Shown here in pieces: positions 7,787-18,700 of a stretch of DNA of 54,283 bases. The DNA is taken from assembly GCA_964440365.1 (NCBI GenBank), contig CAYTRX010000001.1, positions 12,180-66,462 of the forward strand, in the 5' to 3' direction. Origin of the DNA: an uncultured Gammaproteobacteria bacterium. GTDB taxonomy: Bacteria; Patescibacteriota; Patescibacteriia; Patescibacteriales; UBA12465. Position numbers and translations under genes: made by a program. The notes under the pieces are model-generated. The model ran no database searches, had not been told where the DNA came from, and was given only the letters and a program-made list of their open reading frames with translations. How positions within the stretch are numbered: position 1 is the stretch's first letter; each line of letters begins with the position of its first letter.

Positions 7787-9712
7787 TTATTTTTGATCTT
7801 GATCATTTACAAGCTTCTTATTTAAGCCTAATAAAAATTTTCTTTTCTCCAATCTTTTGCCAAGAAATAAAGTCATCAAATTTCTGGTAACCACAATGGC
7901 GCTAAACATTGAAATTGAAACACCAATAAATAATGTGGTGCCAAAACCTTTCAAAGTTCCGGTACCAAAACCCATTAAAACTAAACAAACTAATAAAGTA
8001 GAAATGTTTCCATCTCTAATTGATGGCCAAGAACGACGAATACTTTTATCAATAGAATCCTTAACACTACGACCAGCCCGAATTTCTTCTTTAAATCTTT
8101 CAAAAATTAAAACATTAGCATCAACAGCCATACCCACAGATAAAATAAAGCCAGCAATTCCAGCTAAAGTTAGAGTAATTGGGTTAATACCAAATACCAA
8201 TAAAATTACCGCGATAATAACAAATAAGATGGTTAAGAGGAGATCTAATAAACGCAGCTCTTCAAAAGTCATTAACATTAAAATCAAAAAGAATAAAGGA
8301 ATAATAATGGCAATCGCTAAAGGCAGGGCCTTAAAAATAGTCAAAGTCATTACTCCATAAAGTAATAAAGAAAAAACTGATATAAGACCTGGAACACGAT
8401 AAACAATTATCATAAACAGCGCCACCAAAATTAAACCAATAAGTCCAGCCCTTAAACTATCAGCAATTGACTGACTACCAAGACTAGCGCCAACTGTCTT
8501 TTGATTGATTAATTCAATTGGAACAGGCAAAGCGCCAGCTTTTAATCTTTGCACTAAGGCTTTTGCTTCAGCTACAGTAAAATTACCACTAATTACTGCT
8601 CGACCATCATTTATTTCTTCATTAACCAAAGGAATACTAATTGGATAATCATCTAAATAAATGGCTACCGGCCTAGAGACATTTCGAGCTGTAATCTCCC
8701 TAAATAATTCAGCTCCCTCAGAATCAAATTCTAGAGAAACTTGAGGTGAATTATCATTTGGATCAAAAACCAAAACCGCTTTCTTTAAATTTTTTCCAGT
8801 TAATTCAGTATTTTTCCAATTTTCTGAAAAATTAGCTAAATCATCTAGGGTCATTTTGGCCAAAAAGATCTCTCTTACTTTATACTCTTTCTTTGTTGGA
8901 TCGGAATTTAATAAAACTCCTTCCATATTTCTAATTTCTTCTACTTTTAAAATAGAGTAGCCATTATTTATTTCCTGAATATCAGAATTTTCTCCGGCCT
9001 TTAAATTTTTTACAATTTCAAAAAACTCTTTATTATTTTCAATATTTATCCAACCTAAATCACCGTCATTTTCGGCTCCCATCATTTGATCAGGAGAAAT
9101 CATTTTAGGAGTGTTATTGCTTATAGCTAATTGAGCAAAATCCTCCCCCGCATTAACTTTTTCTAATAATTCCTGTGCTTTTTCTTTTAAACCATTATTA
9201 TATTCTTCCATTAAGCTTAAATTTTCCTCCGAAATATTTTCTACATTTAGATCCTGTTCTTTAAATTCTAAACGTGGTGTTTCACCAATTTCTTTAATAG
9301 CCTCATCAACACTTTTTATTCCTGCTAACTCAACAATAACTCGATAATCACCATCAATAGATCTATTAACTTGAATAACAGGTTCACTTACTCCAAAAGC
9401 ATCAACTCGTTGTTCAATCACATTTTTAACACCCTCCAAAACATCACCTCGATCAGCTTCGGGCACCTGAGAAACATCAGCCTGATATGTTAACTGTACG
9501 CCCCCCTGCAAATCAAGACCCAAACGAAAAGGCTCTTCTTTTATTTTAGGCAAAACTACAACATCGTTGGTTTTTTGAGCAATAAAATCAACAAATTTAT
9601 TATAATAAACATCAGCACTGCTTATTAACAAAATAAAAAAAAGTATAAGGGTTAAGGTAAAAATAATACCCTTTTTCTTCTTATAAAAAAAACTGTTTTT
9701 TGTGTTAGACAT
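7787..9712 (-). CDS. secD: Protein translocase subunit SecD with an inserted parvulin-like segment
   Basis: LGLDLQGGVQLTY, RVDAFGVSEPVIQ, VAIYLDDYPISIPLVNEEI, GALPVPIEL and AVDANVLIFERFKEE are SecD hallmarks. I prefer the start at MSNTKNSFFYKKKK (ATG 9710-9712) over the TTG-initiated extension to 9832. Confidence 0.9.
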   Translation of the reverse strand: MSNTKNSFFYKKKKGIIFTLTLILFFILLISSADVYYNKFVDFIAQKTNDVVVLPKIKEEPFRLGLDLQGGVQLTYQADVSQVPEADRGDVLEGVKNVIEQRVDAFGVSEPVIQVNRSIDGDYRVIVELAGIKSVDEAIKEIGETPRLEFKEQDLNVENISEENLSLMEEYNNGLKEKAQELLEKVNAGEDFAQLAISNNTPKMISPDQMMGAENDGDLGWINIENNKEFFEIVKNLKAGENSDIQEINNGYSILKVEEIRNMEGVLLNSDPTKKEYKVREIFLAKMTLDDLANFSENWKNTELTGKNLKKAVLVFDPNDNSPQVSLEFDSEGAELFREITARNVSRPVAIYLDDYPISIPLVNEEINDGRAVISGNFTVAEAKALVQRLKAGALPVPIELINQKTVGASLGSQSIADSLRAGLIGLILVALFMIIVYRVPGLISVFSLLLYGVMTLTIFKALPLAIAIIIPLFFLILMLMTFEELRLLDLLLTILFVIIAVILLVFGINPITLTLAGIAGFILSVGMAVDANVLIFERFKEEIRAGRSVKDSIDKSIRRSWPSIRDGNISTLLVCLVLMGFGTGTLKGFGTTLFIGVSISMFSAIVVTRNLMTLFLGKRLEKRKFLLGLNKKLVNDQDQK

Positions 9713-9933
9713 ATAGTTATTATAATTAAATAATATAAAAAGTATAAAAATACGAAAAAACTTACTTTTAAGCTTTAAAGCTAAAAAAGTGAAACTATTT
9801 GTTATATTAAAGCAATTTAAAATAAAAATCAAGCCAGGGCTATTTTTCTTCTTGTGTATTTTTTGGCATAGTTTTCATATACCCTTAGCTTAGCATAAAA
9901 GTGCAATATGTATGTGCACATTACCTTCAACTC

Positions 9934-9962
9934 TTGAAATTTTTATCTAAAAATGCTATAAC
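9934..9962 (+). promoter_or_regulatory. Sigma-70-like promoter for clpP
   Basis: TTGAAA (9934-9939), 17 nt spacer, TATAAC (9957-9962), about 28 nt upstream of the clpP ATG. Confidence 0.4.
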
Positions 9963-9989
9963 AAAATTAATAAAATTAATCAAAAAAAT

Positions 9990-10568
9990 ATGTCTATAAT
10001 TCCAATGGTTATCGAAAAAAGCCAAGGCGGTGAAAGAGCTTACGATATTTATTCACGTCTTCTAAAAGATCGAATTATCTTTTTAGGCGAACCAATAAAT
10101 AACCACACTGCCAACTTAGTAATTGCTCAATTATTATTTTTAGAAGCAGAAGACAAAAACAAGGAAATTAAGTTTTACATTAATTCTCCCGGAGGATCGG
10201 TTTCAGCTGGACTAGCTATCTATGACACTATGCAACATGTTAAGTGTGATGTTTCCACTATTTGTGTCGGTATGGCTGCCTCAATGGCTTCCATTCTTTT
10301 GGCAGCTGGCACTCCTGGAAAAAGGTTTTCCCTGCCAAATAGCGAAATAATGATTCATCAAGTCTTAGGTGGTTATGAGGGACAAGCTAGTGATATTAAA
10401 ATTCATGCTGAACATATTCTAAAAATCAAAGATAAAATGAATAAAATATTGTCTAAGCATACTGGAAAAAAATTAATGGAAGTGGAAAAAGATAGTGATC
10501 GAGATTATTTTATGTCAGCTGAAGATGCTAAAAAATACGGCATTATTGATAAAATTATTAGTAAATAA
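9990..10568 (+). CDS. clpP: ATP-dependent Clp protease proteolytic subunit
   Basis: [19 protein letters not shown], and the catalytic context [19 protein letters not shown]. Confidence 0.95.
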   Translation: MSIIPMVIEKSQGGERAYDIYSRLLKDRIIFLGEPINNHTANLVIAQLLFLEAEDKNKEIKFYINSPGGSVSAGLAIYDTMQHVKCDVSTICVGMAASMASILLAAGTPGKRFSLPNSEIMIHQVLGGYEGQASDIKIHAEHILKIKDKMNKILSKHTGKKLMEVEKDSDRDYFMSAEDAKKYGIIDKIISK

Positions 10569-10579
10569 AATTCTAAGCA

Positions 10580-10612
10580 AAGACCCTCGTGAATAACGAG
10601 GGTCTTTTTATT
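10580..10612. terminator. Bidirectional rho-independent terminator between the convergent clpP and surface-protein genes
   Basis: AAGACCCTCG (10580-10589), loop tgaataa, CGAGGGTCTT (10597-10606), followed by TTTTATTT. There is an A-rich stretch on the other side. Confidence 0.7.
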
Positions 10613-10659
10613 TATTTTGAAGTTTTTGTTTTAAAATTAAGTTTAGCTCCTAATAAATC

Positions 10660-11841
10660 TTATTTTAAAGTAAATGATTTAATCATCATATTAAAAATAT
10701 TATAAAAAATATTTTCTTGCCCGCTTGGAGTGCTATATAAGATAGTATAAACGTTTTTAAAATTATTATCAGTAAAATAAAAGGCAGTTTTATCAGAACT
10801 ATAAAGACCTTGCCAATTATTATTTTTTATCAAAGCGCCTTCGTCCATAAGCTCAAAAAAACGATTAGCATACCAGGCTCTAATATTTTGTTTTTCCGTA
10901 TTTTCCTCTACCATTACTTGAATATGAGATGATTCGTTAATAGGAAAAACAATAGAAGAGTCGTTACTCAAAGCATTTGCCTCCCAAGCTGAAGGATGTA
11001 AAAAAGAAAAATTTAAATTTTTACTTACAAATTTGGCGATATTAACATTTTCTTCTAACCTACCTTTTCCAGTTGGATTATATAAGTTTTTTAATTCCTC
11101 CAAATCGGAATAGCCATCGCCATCAGAGTCTACATTAAGCTTATCACTGCCTAAAAGCACCTCCTCTTCATCAGATAAGCCATCTCCATCGGAATCTAAA
11201 AATTCAAATACTTTTAACTCTTCGTTAGCTTCATTTTCCAAAGCATCATCACTTTCTACTATATCATCAGTCAAAACCAAATCTTCTTCATCTATAGATA
11301 AAGCCTCCTCATCGTTAAATAAATCTTCATCTAAATTTGGTTTTGAATTATTAATTTCGTCTAAATTATTGTCAATATTGTCATTTATAATATTGGCAAT
11401 ATCTTTTCCGCCCAAACTTTGCTGTTCTAAATTATTTTTATTAGAACCTAAATTGAAAATATTAGTTAAAGAGAAATTGGGATTAACAACATAAGAAATC
11501 ATTATATAAACTAAAAAAGCCAAAAATAATAATCCTAAAAACAAAAGAATAATACCAGTTTTTTTTCTTTTTGGCTGATAATCATAATTTGAAGAAGCTG
11601 AAGAAGATTTTGCCGCAAACATCGATTTTTTTTTGGGCGAAGAGAATTTAGCCTCTTTTTCTAAAGAAGAGATATCAATATTTTTTTTATCAGAAAAACG
11701 ACCAATTTTATAATTTTTTGGCATTTTATAAACTGTAAAAGACAACTCCTCTTCTACACCATTAGTATTATTCTCTTTTTTTGTTTTTTGTGCTTTTTTT
11801 GTTTTTTTAAACATATCTAGTAAGGAATTTAACAAACTCAC
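10660..11841 (-). CDS. Single-pass membrane protein with an acidic linker, thrombospondin-type-3-like Ca-binding repeats and a C-terminal globular domain
   Basis: Lys-rich N-terminus, TM GIILLFLGLLFLAFLVYIMISYV, a D/E/N-rich linker, then DSDGDGLSDEEEVLLGSDKLNVDSDGDGYSDLEELKNLYNP (D.D.DG..D..E loops). Confidence 0.6.
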   Translation of the reverse strand: MSLLNSLLDMFKKTKKAQKTKKENNTNGVEEELSFTVYKMPKNYKIGRFSDKKNIDISSLEKEAKFSSPKKKSMFAAKSSSASSNYDYQPKRKKTGIILLFLGLLFLAFLVYIMISYVVNPNFSLTNIFNLGSNKNNLEQQSLGGKDIANIINDNIDNNLDEINNSKPNLDEDLFNDEEALSIDEEDLVLTDDIVESDDALENEANEELKVFEFLDSDGDGLSDEEEVLLGSDKLNVDSDGDGYSDLEELKNLYNPTGKGRLEENVNIAKFVSKNLNFSFLHPSAWEANALSNDSSIVFPINESSHIQVMVEENTEKQNIRAWYANRFFELMDEGALIKNNNWQGLYSSDKTAFYFTDNNFKNVYTILYSTPSGQENIFYNIFNMMIKSFTLK

Positions 11842-11905
11842 ACCATAAACTTATTATGGATTTATTCTAAACTTTATATTAGATAAGGTAATTATTAAAC
11901 TGTAA

Positions 11906-12739
11906 TTATTGAACTATTTTTTGATAAATAGCTGGAAATCTTTCTGAAAAAAGAGTGATATCCTTGATTTGATCTAATTTTAATCTTCCTTCTCCTAAAG
12001 GACTAAAGCCTGATTCAATTTCTAAGCCATCAGGATAACCATCTGCATCAGAATCTACATTAAGTGGATTAGTGCCAAAAATAAATATTTCATCATAGTC
12101 AGACAAACCATCACCATCACTATCATGATTATTAGGGTCAGTATTATAAACATAAATTTCATCATAATCAGATAAACCATCGTAATCAGAATCCATTTCC
12201 TTTAAAAGATTATCACTATTTTCAGTTAAAGCATCGTCGTTTGTTGTAGTTGAATTAATCATTAGATCTTCAATAATAAAATCATCTTCCTCAATTAAAT
12301 TGATACTTGAAGTAGCATCTTCAGAAGAAGAGTCAAAGTTAAAATCATTTCCAGTTTTATTATCAAGATTTAAATTTATAGAATTGTTTTCTGAATTTGG
12401 AACTTGATTTAAAGTTCGGGGAACTAATATTTTAGCATAAACAATATAAGCCAATAGAGCAATAATAGCTAAAATTAAAATGGTTATTAGCATTTTTTTA
12501 ATAATTTTTCCGCCAACATTAGACCTTGGCTCATCGTCAAAATCAGCTAAACTAGCTGCTTCTTTGGCAGAAATTTGATCAACCTGCTGTTTAATACCAG
12601 GAAGATCAACATTCGGCATCGCTTTGGAAAACGGTGCATTATTTTGAGTTGAAAAAGAAGCTTCATCTTCTATGCGATCAGAATCAGCAAAAATGTCGTC
12701 TACCTTTTCTGACTCTTTGTTGTTAAGATTGTCAAACAT
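11906..12739 (-). CDS. Single-pass membrane protein with thrombospondin-type-3-like Ca-binding repeats (paralogous architecture to 10660..11841)
   Basis: TM ITILILAIIALLAYIVYAKILV, then DSDYDGLSDYDEIYVYNTDPNNHDSDGDGLSDYDEIFIFGTNPLNVDSDADGYPDGLEIESGFSPLG. Confidence 0.6.
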   Translation of the reverse strand: MFDNLNNKESEKVDDIFADSDRIEDEASFSTQNNAPFSKAMPNVDLPGIKQQVDQISAKEAASLADFDDEPRSNVGGKIIKKMLITILILAIIALLAYIVYAKILVPRTLNQVPNSENNSINLNLDNKTGNDFNFDSSSEDATSSINLIEEDDFIIEDLMINSTTTNDDALTENSDNLLKEMDSDYDGLSDYDEIYVYNTDPNNHDSDGDGLSDYDEIFIFGTNPLNVDSDADGYPDGLEIESGFSPLGEGRLKLDQIKDITLFSERFPAIYQKIVQ

Positions 12740-12792
12740 AATTTTAAAATTAAGCTTTATAAATAAATTTGTAAATTATTATTTAATTATTA

Positions 12793-15681
12793 TTAAATAC
12801 CACCGGCTTCAGATGGCCAAAAAGCATCACCATCATCACCTTTAATACAACGAAGTGACATTGCGCTATTGCTAGCACCACTAGTGCTTCTGTTAATACC
12901 TTTTTCACTCACCATAATTTCTCTGTACTGAGAGCTGCCTGATGAAACCTCTTTAGTGCTAATAAAACGACTAGAGCCGTCTACTGAGCTAAAAGAGTTT
13001 TCTCCGACCCCTTTTATAGCATAGCCACCTAAAAGTGCTTTAAAATCATTTATACCAATAAATCTTATTTTTTGCCCAACTCCAACCCCTTCATCACATT
13101 TCCAGCCATCACTTGAAACAGATGCTGTCCGGCAGGGACTAGAAGATGCGTTAAGATAGTTTTCTAAAATCATCCAATCACTGTTTAGGGCGACCCTGAA
13201 TCCAGGAGGGCAAATTCCTCTTTTATTATAATTTATATTGGCCCCCGCCTCTAAGGCCTTAACTGCCTCTGTCCAAGTATATAAACCACCATAAATATCA
13301 CAATTAATACTTTTATCATCCAAACAATATTTTTCAATTATGTCATTATTACTAAAAGCACTCGAAGATGAGGTTATCATAGTGCCAACATTTAAATTAT
13401 CTTGCAACCAGCACTGATCACCAATTAAAGCTGTTTTATAATATCCCCCTTGATTTCTAATTGTTCCATTAGCATTCCAAGGGCCACCAGGATATTTTAC
13501 TAAATATGAACCACAATTACTAATTGAACTTAATTTAAAACTATCTTCTGAGCTTTTTTGATAATCATTAGATGCTTTTACTTTTATTTCTTTTTCATTA
13601 AATATAGATGATATTGTCCCAGTAATTTTGGCTTCCCCCGAAACACTGCCATCAAAAGAAAGGCCAGCTGGCAAATCTGATAATAAAACAAACTTATCGC
13701 CTTCTCCAGGATTAGTAGTTCTGATGGTGCAAGAATAATTATCCCCTAATTCAACTATCTTTAAACAATCAGAAAAATCTATTACTGGATTATTAGCGGT
13801 AACATTTATATTAAACTCTTTCTCAATGACATCGCCATGACAATCCTCAACTTTTAATTTATAATTAAAACGACCTAAATCTGAAGCATTAATAAAACCA
13901 CCAGCGCCTTTAATTATTTGCAAGGACCAATTATTATTAGTACCTATTTTTTTTAATATTGCCTTAAAGCCATTTTTAATATCGCCATATTCCACATTAT
14001 CATTATAAGCGTATTGAGTTTTGTAAGTATTATTTGCCCAACAAGAATCTCTTCCCCAGCAAATAGAAACCAAACGATCATTAGCGCCCGCTCCACACAA
14101 TTCTCCATTTGATTTAATTTTATTAGTAAAATTAATTCCAATATCTTGTTGAAAATCATTTCCATAACTAACATTATGTTCTATATCACCAGCTATAATT
14201 TGTGGAGAAGCTGGAGTAATATTTATAGTTATTCCTTCCTCTCTGGAAGCCCCTAAAATATCTCTTAATCTAATTTTAAACTTATAAAGTCCGGTGGTAT
14301 TAGCTCGACCAGCATTTCGAGCTCTAATTATTTTTTGATTTGGATTATTGGTGTTTTCAATTGTCAAAGGAAGACCCCAGCCATTATTTTGAAAAACAGA
14401 ATCTAAAGGCCCTACTAATTCCCAAAAAATTGGATGATTTTCAGCATCTTTGGCCATTATTGAAGCAGCAAATTCGTTTCCAGCTGACCCGGTCAAGGTT
14501 TTATTACTACTAATATAAGGCGCGGTATTAGTAGCTGAAGCACTAGAACCAATATTAAAATCAGCTCCCAAACTAGCAACTGTACAAGAATTGCTCGACA
14601 TCAAACCGCCATCGGCTAAAGTATAATTATACCCACCTAGAGCTGTTTCCATGGTCGCGCAAAGTTTATAATTAGAGCCTTCAGAATTACCAAGATAAGT
14701 AATAGCATAGCTAGCAGCCGGTAAAATAAAATTGTCGTGATTAACTGGCGCTCCATTATGTGAATCTAAAAAGAAAACATTGTCAACCGCATTCCAGCAA
14801 GTATCTAAATTAAATTTACCTTCCTCATCATAACAAGATCCTAATTTATTGATTGGGTCGGAAACAGAACTAATACCAATTTGATTTAAAAAAGAATTTT
14901 GCCAACTAGGCCAAGTAGAAATTGCAACATGAGGCAAATAAGTACCAGCCCCTAAAATAGGGTATCTCCCATTAACACTATAATAATTTTGAATCTTTTC
15001 TTTTAGTAAAACAATTTTTTCTAAACGATCTAAATCACGTACTATTTTTGCTTTTAAACCCGAACAAAATAAATTAGATGGACAGTCAGAATCTAAAATA
15101 CAAACTGGGGTATCTTTTAAATTTTCTGAATCGCTTTCAGCAATTACACATTTATTAGCTTGTAAACCGGAAAGGTTAGATCCACTATTTCCACAAACAT
15201 ATCCATCCGGACAATCAGAAGAATTTTTACAAGTCTTATCAGAAATTAAACAATGACCAAGTTGATCATTTAATTCAATATTATTATTAAATTTCCAATT
15301 TTTTAAAATTCGACCAAAAATATCAATTGTTTTTTGATCAGCCCGCTGATCATAAGAAATTAAATAAATATTAGTATATAATTTATTATCAATAATATTG
15401 GTAGCAGAAACATAAACTGTTCGACCATCACGTATCGCCTTATAACCATCAACAATCATGCTTTGAGGTGAACCAGTAAAGCCCTGTAGCTGATACCAAC
15501 GTTGAGCACTAAGATGATGGGGATTAGGAATAACTCTAACAGCTAAAGCATCGGGAGAATTATTAGAGGCTTCTTGCGCTAGAACTTTATTGCTTATAGA
15601 AAAAGAAAATAAAACAAATATTATTAAAACTAATAATAAAGAATTGCTGATATATAAAAATTTAAGAGAAATGTTTTTCAT
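12793..15681 (-). CDS. Secreted 962-aa surface protein ending in a FISUMP (Fibrobacter succinogenes major paralogous) domain
   Basis: Signal peptide ending NKVLAQE, Cys-containing and Ig-like middle sections, and a C-terminal YKTALIGDQCWLQDNLNVG...GGLYTWTEAV...GICPPGFRVALNSDWMILENYL...LLGGYA...MSLRCIKG pattern (nt about 12796-13520). Confidence 0.7.
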   Translation of the reverse strand: MKNISLKFLYISNSLLLVLIIFVLFSFSISNKVLAQEASNNSPDALAVRVIPNPHHLSAQRWYQLQGFTGSPQSMIVDGYKAIRDGRTVYVSATNIIDNKLYTNIYLISYDQRADQKTIDIFGRILKNWKFNNNIELNDQLGHCLISDKTCKNSSDCPDGYVCGNSGSNLSGLQANKCVIAESDSENLKDTPVCILDSDCPSNLFCSGLKAKIVRDLDRLEKIVLLKEKIQNYYSVNGRYPILGAGTYLPHVAISTWPSWQNSFLNQIGISSVSDPINKLGSCYDEEGKFNLDTCWNAVDNVFFLDSHNGAPVNHDNFILPAASYAITYLGNSEGSNYKLCATMETALGGYNYTLADGGLMSSNSCTVASLGADFNIGSSASATNTAPYISSNKTLTGSAGNEFAASIMAKDAENHPIFWELVGPLDSVFQNNGWGLPLTIENTNNPNQKIIRARNAGRANTTGLYKFKIRLRDILGASREEGITINITPASPQIIAGDIEHNVSYGNDFQQDIGINFTNKIKSNGELCGAGANDRLVSICWGRDSCWANNTYKTQYAYNDNVEYGDIKNGFKAILKKIGTNNNWSLQIIKGAGGFINASDLGRFNYKLKVEDCHGDVIEKEFNINVTANNPVIDFSDCLKIVELGDNYSCTIRTTNPGEGDKFVLLSDLPAGLSFDGSVSGEAKITGTISSIFNEKEIKVKASNDYQKSSEDSFKLSSISNCGSYLVKYPGGPWNANGTIRNQGGYYKTALIGDQCWLQDNLNVGTMITSSSSAFSNNDIIEKYCLDDKSINCDIYGGLYTWTEAVKALEAGANINYNKRGICPPGFRVALNSDWMILENYLNASSSPCRTASVSSDGWKCDEGVGVGQKIRFIGINDFKALLGGYAIKGVGENSFSSVDGSSRFISTKEVSSGSSQYREIMVSEKGINRSTSGASNSAMSLRCIKGDDGDAFWPSEAGGI

Positions 15682-15730
15682 ATTGTTTTGTTTTATTTTT
15701 TCTATTTGTTTATGTGATTTTTGTGTATTT

Positions 15731-18700
15731 TTAATCTTTTAAGCAACGAATACCATATCCAAATCTTTTTTCTATTTTACCTAAACCATTAATTTGATTT
15801 GTATTATTATTTATATTTAAATAATAAGCATTTTTTCCATCTTCATTAGGATCTTCAGTTGATGTCCATAAATAAGACTGGCTTATTACTTTACTATTTT
15901 TTGTAAACGCATAACCGATAGAAAGAGCATTAAAGCCAGAAGAATTATTATTTTGTAAATTTTTACCTATAGAACAATAAACAGAAGATGTGTTCCAACT
16001 AATATTAGAAGCTAAAGCTTTAGCTAAATAATTGTATTGACCGTCACATTGATATTCTGAATTACTATTTAAATAATCAAATAATTGTTGAAAGTCAGAT
16101 TTTGAAGGAACGTGCCAACCCGGTGGACAAAGGCCTTGAGATCTTTCCTCATTTTCCCCAGCCATAGCTGCACTCCATTGATATAAATAACCGTTATTAC
16201 CACCATAAGCTGTTACACACCATCCAGTATCTTCTCCCAAAACCTCTTGTCTACCAGAACAACCATTATTATACCTTAAATTTTCCGCAAACCAACATTG
16301 TTCACCTATTTTTACTGTGCTATAAGTATATCCTTGATATTCAATACCAGAACAATCACTAGTTCCTCCACTAGCTCTAACCTTAATAATATTTGAATAT
16401 CCTAAAATTTTATTTCCATTACGAGCTTGAATTCTAATAAAATAATCTTTATTATTTGCAAGACCATAAATTGTGGCTTCACAAACATTCTTACCTACAA
16501 AATTTTCGGTATCACAAAAAGATAAATCATAAGCATTTAATCCTGAGCTTATTTTATCAAAATCTAAATTTGAGGCAACAAGATCTTTTTTAATATAATA
16601 TGAAGTAATCCCTGCTTGAGGAGAGTCCCAGGATAAATAAACCTGTCCACCAACCCCTGGATCAACATATGAAACATTAATAAGGTGCTCAAAAGTTACA
16701 GCACTTGAAATCGTAGGAGAAGTCTCTAATAAAGTATTTCCATTATAAACTAACACTTCAAAAGTATAATCAAAACCATCTCTTAAATTAAATATTTCAT
16801 AAGAGCAAGAATATTTATCAGATACTAATGGACACCAAGAAGAGTTTTTATTTATATATAAAGGAGGGTTGTGTCCATGATTATTAGAATGCTTAATAAA
16901 AACCCTTGTAAATTCTTGTTCGGAAGAAACATCAAAAGAAACCTTTACCGCCCCTCCAATACCAAGATCTATAACCTTAAAATTTGTTATTAAAGGAGGA
17001 GCAGTTGGTGTAGCTGAAATTCTTATAGGTCCTTCTAGTTGTATATTATTATTATAAATAGAGAAATCAATATTATAAAGTCTATCATTTATTAAATCCT
17101 GCAAAAGATAGGTGCATAAATATTCACTGCCATCTTCGCTTAAATTACAAACATTGTTTTTTAGGAGATTAGAGGTAGTAAAAGAGCCGCCCTGAGGCTG
17201 TCGAGACAATTCAAATTTTGTAAATTCTAGATAACGATCCGCATTAATCTTCCAAGAAACTTTTAGCGTTCCGCCTTCTGCTGTGTCAATGGCTTTGTAA
17301 TCCCTTAACATCGGAACATAAGGAATGGTTGGAGTGGCTGAAACAATTGGTGAAGTTTCTCTTTTTTCAGCTCCCACAAAAACATCAAGATAAAAATTAT
17401 ATTTTTGATTATTAGTTAAGCCATTAGTAGTATGGGAGCATTGACGTTTATTATTTACTACTGGTCCACAAACACTTGGCTCCAAAGAAACAGTAGTAGC
17501 GCCACTTACTCCAACCGGATCTCGATGTAATAAAAATCTAGTAAATTCTCGATTAGCAGCCATTTCCCAAGTAAGTTTCACTTTTCCACCAGTGCCCACA
17601 TCAACGGCTGAAAAATTTGACAACATCGAAACATAAGTTGGCGTAGCTGAAACACTAGGTGAAACTTCCATTCTTCTGCCATCATGATAAACCTCAAAAT
17701 AAACACTATAATTAACATTATTTTCTAATCCTTGTAAATTATAGGCGCACAAATATTCATTTTCTTTTAATTCACAAATACTTTTTTCTAAAGGCATACT
17801 AGCCAAATTTCCTCCTTGAGCTTGGTAAAATAATTTAAAACCAGAGAAGTCTCGATCTTTATTAATTTTCCAAGAAAGTCTTAAATTTCCTCCGGTTTCA
17901 GTATTAACAGCTTGAAAACCTCTAACCATAGCAACATAAGGAGAAGTTGGAGTGACTGAAACCACCGCAGAGGTGTGAATTATTCTTGCCTCATTTAAAG
18001 TTTCAATATAAAAATCATGTTCTAAATTATCGGTTAAATTATCTAAATCAAGAGAACAAGAATAAACATTATTTGATAAATTACAATTAGCCCCCTCTTT
18101 TGTTCGATAAATCTTTGTTGTTTCACCATTTTTAGGAGTTTGATAAATAGTAAATTTAGTAAAGTCTCGCTCATTACTAGCCTTCCAAGTAAGCTTGACT
18201 TTTCCACCAGTACCTAAATTAGTAGCTACTAAATTTGTTACGATTGGGATTGGTGTATTAGTTGGCATCGCGCTAACAAAACGAGAAAAGCCAAGTTCAG
18301 TGCCAGCAGAAGATAAAGCTGTTACTTTTAAATTATATCGTCGATCTTCTTCTAAATTTCGCAATCTATAATTACATTTATATTTAGTATTATTGGAGAT
18401 TTTTGAACAATCACTTGATTCAGCCTGAATTGTTAAATAATTATTATTAGAGCCCTCTCGTTGATAAAGAACTTTAAAAAATTTAACATTAGAACCTCCG
18501 GAGTTAACGGCTGATTCCCAGTAAAGATCTAATTCATTACCACGCAGAGCATCAGAGGCGGTAAATGGCTCCACAAAAGGAATAAAAGCTGGGGTAACTG
18601 AAGTATAAAAAGACGAACCAAGCTCCATTGAATTGCCATCTAGTGCAGCAACTCTAACATTATAAGAATAATCTGAGCTTAATCCACTTAGGGTATAGGA

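Noticed and set aside
7518-8360. Plus-strand ORFs 7518..7796 and 7857..8360 opposite secF/secD
   Set aside because: These are shadow ORFs antisense to well-supported genes, with no recognisable domains.
9713-9832. N-terminal extensions of track ORFs (secD to 9832, hrcA to 1052, dnaA from 50846, trmH-like to 39631)
   Set aside because: The extensions start at non-ATG codons or add non-conserved hydrophobic or odd residues, and some overlap upstream genes or regulatory sites. Internal ATG starts give canonical N-termini.
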